From Kiritimatiellia bacterium (GTDB taxonomy: Bacteria; Verrucomicrobiota; Kiritimatiellia; JAAZAB01): DNA of 64,000 bases. Positions 57,278-64,000 of the stretch are shown piece after piece. The notes under the pieces are model-generated. The model saw nothing but the letters and a program-made list of their open reading frames with translations, did not search any database and was not told the DNA's origin. The stretch spans positions 288,001 to 352,000 of the forward strand of contig JAXGPF010000003.1 of assembly GCA_040767085.1 (NCBI GenBank), given 5' to 3'. A program made the position numbers and the translations under genes. Each line of letters opens with the position of its first letter. Positions within the stretch are counted from its first letter, which is position 1.

Positions 57278-57401
57278 GCTTTTTTTCGCCGACCGCCGGG
57301 AATTGTGCTGGCGCAGCGGTCATCTTTCCGTTAGAATCGCCCAGAACCAGTAATAACCATGGCCGGCGCGTTCCGCCCGGCCCAACGAAAGGCTTGTTGC
57401 C

Positions 57402-59591
57402 ATGCCCACGCATGCCGCGCCGTTCCCCGCCGGCGGCTGGATTGACGCCCGCCAGGCCGGCGCATCCGGCTCCGAATTCCAAACCACGGGCGCCATCCGC
57501 GCCGGTTCCAATGAAATCACCGTGGCCGAGGCCGGCGATTTTCAAGTCGGACAGGAAGTGACCATCTCCCGCTGCCACCCGCATTATTACGGCACGATTT
57601 ACAATGCCGCGGCGCCGTATTTCGCCAAAAACCAGCGCGCGCTTCGCGACGAAGTCGAGTTGCGCGGCCTGGATGACGGCAAGGCCTGGCAAACTTTTTT
57701 TGTGCATTTTGAAGAAGCCGCCCCGGCAACCTTCCGCTGGCTGGCGGTGGACCCCGCCTTCCAGACCAAAGCCCGCGGCCAACCGTCGCTGCGCCGCTAC
57801 TGGCAATGGCAGGGCACGGGCTTGCCGGTGGACGGCGGCCGGGTGGCGCTGGCCAGCGGCGTGGAAATGCGTTTTAAGCACCGCGCCTGGCAACCCGGGG
57901 AAAGCATTGCGCTGCACGCCCGCAACCGGCTGCTGGCCCGCATCACCGGCATCCGGGGCAAAACGCTGATCCTGAGCGCCCGCGCCACCCGCGACGCCGC
58001 GGACGCGCTGGTGCGCCATCATGATCAGGCCGCGCTGCAGACCGCCGTGGACCGGGCGATCGCCGAGCACAAGGGGCTCTTCATTCCCGCCGGACGCTAT
58101 CGCCTGTCACAGGGTCTCTGGATCCGCCAGGCCTCCCTGCGGGTGGAAGGCCTGGGCCGCGACCAGACCCTGCTGGACGTCAGCGAAGATAATACTTCTG
58201 TTTTCTGGATCGCCGGCGGACAGGATATCGCCATCCGCAATCTCGGCATGACCGGCCACACCGGCTTCCTGGAACTGCCCGCGCATACCAGCTTCAAGAC
58301 GGTTTCAGGCTTTCCCTTGTGGCCCACGGCCAACCAGCAAATGGAAATCAAGGGCTGCGCGGCGGCGAATTTTGTGAGCACGGAGCGGCTGCTTTTCGAA
58401 GACCTCAAGGTCACCCGCATGGCCTCGGAAGCGTTTTACTCGCACGGATCCGACCGGGAAGGCCATCCGCCTTACGTCCAACAACCCCATGAAGGCATGC
58501 CGGAACTCAGCCAGCAATACACCAAGTCCTGCATTTATCACCGGTGCCTGGTCAGCGACTGCGGATTCAATGTCTTCAACAACAACGATCACGCGGAAAA
58601 CACCAGCATTCTCCATTGCCATGTCGAGCGGGCGGCCAATTTCTGCGAAAACGCCGGCCGCTTTACCCGCATCATCGGCAACTACGTCCTGGACGGCTGC
58701 TTCACCAGCGTGCATAGCGGGTCGGCCGACGACCCGCGCCGGCTGGGGCCGACCCAGGCGGTGATCGCCGACAACGTCTTCGAGGGCGGCCGGTTCCTTG
58801 GCGGCATTCTGATCAACAATGCCGCCACGCAGGTCACCGTGGCCAACAACCTGTTCATCGGCTGCAGCAACGAGTACGCCATCCGCATCGGCGGCGGCCG
58901 CCGCATCACGGTGACCGGCAACCAGATCGACCTGACGCAACTGGGCGATTACCCCGACAACGATCGCGTCGGTATCTGCATTGAAGCCTCCAACGTCCTG
59001 GCGGCCGACAACCACATTTACGCGCGCGGCCCGCGGGCCGGCAAGGCTACGGGCATCAGCATTGCCGAGCATGCCGTCAATGTCCAGGCGCACAATAATC
59101 TGATTGAAAACTGCGGGCATGGCATCCGGACCGGACGGCGGCTGTTCCGCGACGCCGCCACCGGCCTGACCGATACTTTCCCGCCGCCGGCATGCGATGG
59201 ACAGGGCGCCTTCGAATTCTGCCGGACGGAATCCGAGGTTGTGGCAGCGCCGCACGGCAATACTTTCCGATGTCTCGGCTTGCCGCGCGCCTGCGACGGC
59301 GCGCCGGCCTACGCCGGCTGGCGGCTGCGCTGGCTGACCGGGAGGCAAGCCGGGCGGACCGCTGAAATCGCGGCGTTCGATCCGGCGCAGCCAGCCATCA
59401 CCCTGGAAGCGGGCGGCATGGCTGCCCGTCCGGGGGACCGTTTTGCCGTGTATCCCCGGTATGCCAACTGGCAGGTGCATCACAATACGCTGGCCGATTG
59501 CGAGCATCCGCTGCGCATGGAACTGCTCGATGCATCCGGCGTGCGCTGCGCCGACAACATCATCGCGCCGCCGGCGGGCAACGGCAATTAA
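57402..59591 (+). CDS. Right-handed beta-helix protein (pectate-lyase-3-like N-terminal motif)
   Basis: WIDARQAGASG...HDQAALQTAVD...LFIPAGRYRL...G.G...TLL, then repeated I.GN/VIADN/VANN/VTGNQI strands. Confidence 0.75.
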   Translation: MPTHAAPFPAGGWIDARQAGASGSEFQTTGAIRAGSNEITVAEAGDFQVGQEVTISRCHPHYYGTIYNAAAPYFAKNQRALRDEVELRGLDDGKAWQTFFVHFEEAAPATFRWLAVDPAFQTKARGQPSLRRYWQWQGTGLPVDGGRVALASGVEMRFKHRAWQPGESIALHARNRLLARITGIRGKTLILSARATRDAADALVRHHDQAALQTAVDRAIAEHKGLFIPAGRYRLSQGLWIRQASLRVEGLGRDQTLLDVSEDNTSVFWIAGGQDIAIRNLGMTGHTGFLELPAHTSFKTVSGFPLWPTANQQMEIKGCAAANFVSTERLLFEDLKVTRMASEAFYSHGSDREGHPPYVQQPHEGMPELSQQYTKSCIYHRCLVSDCGFNVFNNNDHAENTSILHCHVERAANFCENAGRFTRIIGNYVLDGCFTSVHSGSADDPRRLGPTQAVIADNVFEGGRFLGGILINNAATQVTVANNLFIGCSNEYAIRIGGGRRITVTGNQIDLTQLGDYPDNDRVGICIEASNVLAADNHIYARGPRAGKATGISIAEHAVNVQAHNNLIENCGHGIRTGRRLFRDAATGLTDTFPPPACDGQGAFEFCRTESEVVAAPHGNTFRCLGLPRACDGAPAYAGWRLRWLTGRQAGRTAEIAAFDPAQPAITLEAGGMAARPGDRFAVYPRYANWQVHHNTLADCEHPLRMELLDASGVRCADNIIAPPAGNGN

Positions 59592-59638
59592 AGGAAGCGT
59601 TGCCGCCCGGCTGCCCGCCCCGGCGGCAGGCAGCCGGA

Positions 59639-60565
59639 CTACAGTGTTCTGACCGCCGGCATCAGGGAGATGGCGACGCGGTCGGCAACATCCTTGCGGG
59701 GGGGGCACATCGCGGAGGTCACGGTGAATTCCAGGGAATGGTCGCGTCCCGTCCGGAAACTGGCCCGGCCGAACCAGTTGGAAGCGGCGGAAGGCGCTCG
59801 CAGCATTTGTTCCGCCGCTTTCAGCGACTCGCAGAAATCGCCTAAAAACCGGCGGTTTACCTGGTGTTCATTTTCGAACTGCAGCAAGCGCACGCAAGCG
59901 GGGTTGACGTATTCGATCAAACCATCGCGATTGCATACCATCAGCCCAAGACAGGTATGGCGCACGGCGTCCAGTTCCAATTCGCGCCGGTCTTCCGCCT
60001 TCTTCCGGCGCTCCAGGCTGCGGATGGTCATCAACAGATCGCCGGGATTCAGATAATGAATGCTGCTGATGGCGATTTCCGCGGGAAACGTTCCGCCATC
60101 CTTGCGCTGGCAATTGGCGTTGATCACGGTAAAGCGGCCGTTTGACACGTGATCGCGGATTTTAGCCAGCACCATGGGATTAAACGCAGTAATCAATTCT
60201 CCGCACGGCAGGTTCCAGAAATCCTCGGCGGGATATTCGAAAAACTTTTCCGCCCGGCCGTTGCTGGCAATAATATAACCCTTGCTGTCTACAATCACCA
60301 CCGCGTCATACAGGCTGGATAAAATCGCCTGATATAACGACCGATCCCGGCTGCGATCAAGCTTTTCGCCGGCAGCCGGCGCCGGCGCGGCAGACGGCGC
60401 CGGCACGGGAGCCGCCGCCGGGAGAGGCGGCGCACTGACAGCGGCCGGCGCCGCGGGCGGCGGGGCGTCCTGCGCAGCCGGCGCCGCCTGCGCTACAGGA
60501 CGGAGCGCAGCGGCAGGTTCGGGCCGCTTGGGGTCCGCGGTATGCAGCCATGACGGTAATTTCAT
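59639..60565 (-). CDS. Stand-alone tandem PAS-domain protein
   Basis: DAVVIVDSKGYII..N.RAEKFF.Y...RKDGGTFPAEIAIS; second PAS GLMVCNRDGLIEYVNPA; no output domain. Confidence 0.85.
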   Translation of the reverse strand: MKLPSWLHTADPKRPEPAAALRPVAQAAPAAQDAPPPAAPAAVSAPPLPAAAPVPAPSAAPAPAAGEKLDRSRDRSLYQAILSSLYDAVVIVDSKGYIIASNGRAEKFFEYPAEDFWNLPCGELITAFNPMVLAKIRDHVSNGRFTVINANCQRKDGGTFPAEIAISSIHYLNPGDLLMTIRSLERRKKAEDRRELELDAVRHTCLGLMVCNRDGLIEYVNPACVRLLQFENEHQVNRRFLGDFCESLKAAEQMLRAPSAASNWFGRASFRTGRDHSLEFTVTSAMCPPRKDVADRVAISLMPAVRTL

Positions 60566-60600
60566 ATTGATTCTCCGCGTAAGGATTACGGGAGGGGCCG

Positions 60601-61416
60601 CTATTCGGCCAAATCAGACAAATCCATGCGGATCGTCATGGAACTGCGGTCAATTTTCTCTTTCGTTTTCAGCCCCTTCTCCCCCGCTCCCGACTGCGCT
60701 TCCGCTTCGTGCGCCGGCACTTTCAATTGCGACCCGCAGGCCGGACAGACGGCATTCATGCCGATCATCTCCAATGGCGCCTCGATTTCCTGTTTGCATA
60801 CCTCGCAGACAAAAGTCACAAAATTCGAAACGGTTTTCGGCTTGGCGGCGGCGGGAGCGGCGGCAGGCGCGGCAGCCGCGTCCGGCACAACCATCTGGCC
60901 GTTGCAAACCGGGCATTCCGCCGTTTGGCCGCGTTCATTCAACTGCGCCATGATGGTATTGCCGCAATGCGGACAGGCAAAAATGATGCCGCCGGCTTCC
61001 GCCACAGACGGCTCGGCCGGCGCCGCCGCTGCGGCCGGCGCGGGCGTCGCCTCGGATGGAGCGGTGTCCGGCTTGGCAACTTCCATCTCAACCGCAGGTT
61101 CCGGGGGAATTTCGCGGACGATCAGATTCTCCGGCAAAGGCGCCATCTTCTCCCGGGCTTTTTTCAGCGGAATCACCTTGAGAGTATCATGCTCGGCAAT
61201 CAGAAAACGCGTGCGCGTTACCGGATTGAAACGGCGCGACTCCTTGCGGCGCACCAGCTTGAACTTGCATAAGCCCGGGATGGTAAAACCATTGGCGGCT
61301 TCGCGATACGTCATTTCCGCCAGATTAGCCAGCACGCGGCCGACGTCCGCACGCGATAATCCAGTTTCATCCGCAAGCGCCGCTATGATCCCGGATTTTG
61401 TCAGGGATTTCGACAT
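60601..61416 (-). CDS. HU-family DNA-binding domain fused to two Zn-ribbon modules
   Basis: LTKSGIIAALADETGLS...FTIPGLCKFKLVRRKESRRFNPVT; CPHC..CPVC and CEVC..CPAC. Confidence 0.85.
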   Translation of the reverse strand: MSKSLTKSGIIAALADETGLSRADVGRVLANLAEMTYREAANGFTIPGLCKFKLVRRKESRRFNPVTRTRFLIAEHDTLKVIPLKKAREKMAPLPENLIVREIPPEPAVEMEVAKPDTAPSEATPAPAAAAAPAEPSVAEAGGIIFACPHCGNTIMAQLNERGQTAECPVCNGQMVVPDAAAAPAAAPAAAKPKTVSNFVTFVCEVCKQEIEAPLEMIGMNAVCPACGSQLKVPAHEAEAQSGAGEKGLKTKEKIDRSSMTIRMDLSDLAE

Positions 61417-61768
61417 AAGATATCTCCACCGGAAGTTTGCAATGAAAAACCAACGCATTCAGCCCAATGCGCAGCATCATAGAATGCAGCCAGTATAGAG
61501 CCGCCAGTATCTCCAACTGGTTAATTAAGAATCAGAAAAAACAAAATGTCAATATATTTTTCCAGTTTTTGATATAATGATATAAGCCTGCAGGATCAAC
61601 ATACCCGGCCGCGGCCTTCTAAACCGCCGGTTTAACGAAAGTTTACAGACCACCGGCAGTATAGCGACAGTTTGGCCCATCTGCCGGGCTGCCGTGATTT
61701 TCCGCTGATCCAGTTTTCAGATGGACTTGCATAAAATGGCTGGTATATTAAGTCGGAAAGGATTTTTC

Positions 61769-62680
61769 ATGCCAAAAGCGAAATGCGCCCAACCCGCCGG
61801 CCAGGTCTGGTCGGGGATTATCCCCGCCCTGTTCACACCCTTCACGCCCTCCGATAAATTAAATCTGGAAATCCTGCCCCGGCACCTGCAATTCCTGCTG
61901 GATGCCGGCTGTACGGGATTTTTCGTGGGCGGCAGCACCGGCGAAGGTTTTCTGCAGACCGCCGAGGAGCGCATCCGCTTCGCGGGCGCGGTCATGCGCG
62001 CCCTGCGCGGCCGGGCGCCGGTAATCCTGCATGTCGGCGCAATGCATCCGGGCGACGCCTGCCGCATCGCCGCGGCCGCGGGCAAGCTGGGAGTCGCCGC
62101 CATTTCGTCGGTCATGCCTTTTTATTACAATTACGCCATGGATGAAATTGCCGGTTATTACCGCGCTATCCAGGCGGCCGCCGGCCTGCCGATGATCATT
62201 TATTACATTCCGGACAGCACCAACCGCACCCTGACGCTGGATCAATTCTGCAAAAGCCTTTTGACGCTCCCGGGAGTAGTCGGCGTCAAGTATACCCACT
62301 CGGATTTGAATCAAATGCAGATGCTGGGAGCGCTCAGTCCGCGCCCGCTCACGATCTTCGGCGGGTACGACCAGATGGGGTTGGCATGCCTGGCCATGGG
62401 CGCCCAGGCCCTGATCGGCTCCACGTACAATGTGATTCCGGATTTATTTGTGGCGATGTACCGCGCTTTCCAGGCCGGGCGCCTGGACGAAGCGCGCGCG
62501 CTGCAACTGCGGATCAACCGCTTCCTGCACCGGCTGAAGCAATACGGCAATCGCGCTTATTATGCGGCGCTGCAGGCCCGCGGGATCGACATCGGCTGGC
62601 CGCGCCGCCCGGGCCGGGAAATCTCCCGCCAGGAATTCCGCGAAATCGCCCAACTGGTCAGGCAGTTTGTACCGGCATGA
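61769..62680 (+). CDS. N-acetylneuraminate lyase / DapA-family protein
   Basis: GIIPALFTPF, VGGSTGEG, HVGA, IYYIP, GVKYT, IGSTYN (NanA-like). Confidence 0.85.
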   Translation: MPKAKCAQPAGQVWSGIIPALFTPFTPSDKLNLEILPRHLQFLLDAGCTGFFVGGSTGEGFLQTAEERIRFAGAVMRALRGRAPVILHVGAMHPGDACRIAAAAGKLGVAAISSVMPFYYNYAMDEIAGYYRAIQAAAGLPMIIYYIPDSTNRTLTLDQFCKSLLTLPGVVGVKYTHSDLNQMQMLGALSPRPLTIFGGYDQMGLACLAMGAQALIGSTYNVIPDLFVAMYRAFQAGRLDEARALQLRINRFLHRLKQYGNRAYYAALQARGIDIGWPRRPGREISRQEFREIAQLVRQFVPA

Positions 62681-62713
62681 TCCTGCCCGGCGACGGCCCT
62701 CGCCTATCGGCGA

Positions 62714-64000
62714 TCAATACGCGTAGCAACTGCCGCCGATGAACTCGCGCAGCAGGGAGTCAGACGGCACGCCGGAGTCATCCGTCACGGCGGCGAGCGC
62801 AGCGAGAAATTCGTAGATGCGCTTGGCGCGGATGTAGGCATCCTGGCGCGCCGGGTCGGCGCGGTATTTTTCGATGGCCGGCGCAAAGTAATGAAACAGG
62901 CGGTGTTTGAGGAACGGCAACTCGTAAGGCAGGGCGCTGTTCACCAGGAAGTCCGCCGTGCCGATGAACGGAATGATATGCTGCAATTCGCTGCGGCGCA
63001 CATACCGCCAATGGGTGATGGTAGCCTCGGGCAGCGAATTGCGGTGCCAGCTGTCGCGGATCATCCGGCGCAGCAGCCGGTGGTCGGCCCAGCGCATGAA
63101 CTGGCCGTCTGCCGCCCGGAACTGGCCCAGGGTTTCGATATACAGCCGGAATTTGCGGGCGGGCGGAATGCTGGCGGTCATGGCGTCGTATAATCCGTGC
63201 AGGCTGTCCAGCAACAGCACCTGGTTGGGCCGCAGGGTCACGTCATGGGCGTTCAGCCGGCGCCGGCCGGTCTTGAAATCATAATGCGGCGCGCGCACCG
63301 TCCGGCCGGCCAGCAGTTGTTCCAGGTGGTCGTTGATCAGCGGCAAATCCAGCGCATGGGGCGACTCGTAATCGTAATCGCCGAATTCGTCGCGCGGATT
63401 CCGCTCGCGGTCGAAGAAATAGTTGTCCACGTTGATGGTTTGCAATGCCACGCCCGCCTGGCGCAGATGTTCATCCAATTTCATCGTCGTGGTGGTTTTG
63501 CCGGATGACGAAGGCCCGGCGACGATGACCAGGCGCACCTCGCCGCGGCGCTCCAGAATCAGGCGGGCGGCCTGCCCGATTTCGGCGACGTACCGGCGGT
63601 TCGCGTCCTTGATCAAACGCGGCATTTCACCCCGCCCGACCAATTCGTTCAAGGCCGGCACCGAATCGCAGCCGTGCGCCATGTTCCAGCAGAGCACCTC
63701 GTAGATTTTCTTGTAAGGAATATTGTCGGTGACTTCAAAGGAATAGGCGCGGGTGGCGCGCGCCTGGGCGCGCTGGCGGCGATATTCCATGTAGGCGCGG
63801 GCGGTGTCACCATGGCCGCTTTCGAGAAGCACCTTCTCGACAATATCCTGAATTTCCTCGATGCTGGGCGTGGCGCCGGCGCCGTGGGCGTCCAGCAAGG
63901 CCCGCTCGACTTCCAGGCCGAGGCGTTCCGCCAGTTGTCGGTCCTTGCAGCCCGTCGACACCAAGGCGCGGAAAATCGCCGTGACGATCCGGTCCCGGTC
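62714..64000 (-). CDS. ATP-cone domain + uridine kinase/PRK-like P-loop kinase, 5' end outside the window
   Basis: DRDRIVTAIFRA...IEEIQDIVEKVL..SGH..TARAYMEYRRQR (ATP cone); AGPSSSGKTTT, VDNYF, YDFKTG.R, RLLRRMIRD. Confidence 0.85.
   Translation of the reverse strand, partial: DRDRIVTAIFRALVSTGCKDRQLAERLGLEVERALLDAHGAGATPSIEEIQDIVEKVLLESGHGDTARAYMEYRRQRAQARATRAYSFEVTDNIPYKKIYEVLCWNMAHGCDSVPALNELVGRGEMPRLIKDANRRYVAEIGQAARLILERRGEVRLVIVAGPSSSGKTTTTMKLDEHLRQAGVALQTINVDNYFFDRERNPRDEFGDYDYESPHALDLPLINDHLEQLLAGRTVRAPHYDFKTGRRRLNAHDVTLRPNQVLLLDSLHGLYDAMTASIPPARKFRLYIETLGQFRAADGQFMRWADHRLLRRMIRDSWHRNSLPEATITHWRYVRRSELQHIIPFIGTADFLVNSALPYELPFLKHRLFHYFAPAIEKYRADPARQDAYIRAKRIYEFLAALAAVTDDSGVPSDSLLREFIGGSCYAY

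Overview
GC-rich bacterial window whose gene content is most consistent with a Kiritimatiellae/Lentisphaerae-like (PVC) genome; this is inference only. Most genes are on the minus strand. From left to right: (1) a partial M19 dipeptidase; (2) a head-to-tail dimer of two ISL3-family elements that truncates a DUF1015 gene; (3) a housekeeping block (amaP, asp23, accC, accB, aroQ, PSP1/ricT, holB, tmk, cysS); (4) a roughly 47-kb glycan/sugar-catabolism region. That region holds three paralogous large secreted CBM9-like + 'VDEP' glycoside-hydrolase-like genes (one fused in frame to the 3' part of cstA) and four paralogous beta-helix/choice-of-anchor-Q-like secreted proteins (three broken, one by an IS1380). 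It also holds a GH42, a LamG x3 protein, an RpiR-ROK-GH-PMI operon, two URO-D-fold proteins, two AraC regulators and a GntR-linked aminotransferase/dehydrogenase/aldolase operon. (5) The window ends with an HU/Zn-ribbon fusion plus a PAS-only protein, a NanA/DapA-family lyase and an ATP-cone kinase. The most unusual non-coding signals are a ~200-nt rod-like structured RNA candidate at 36.2-36.4 kb and a family of 7/8/9-mer tandem-repeat elements that lie between genes and also invade coding frames. No rRNA, tRNA or CRISPR array was seen. All family calls come from motif recognition by eye, not database searches.
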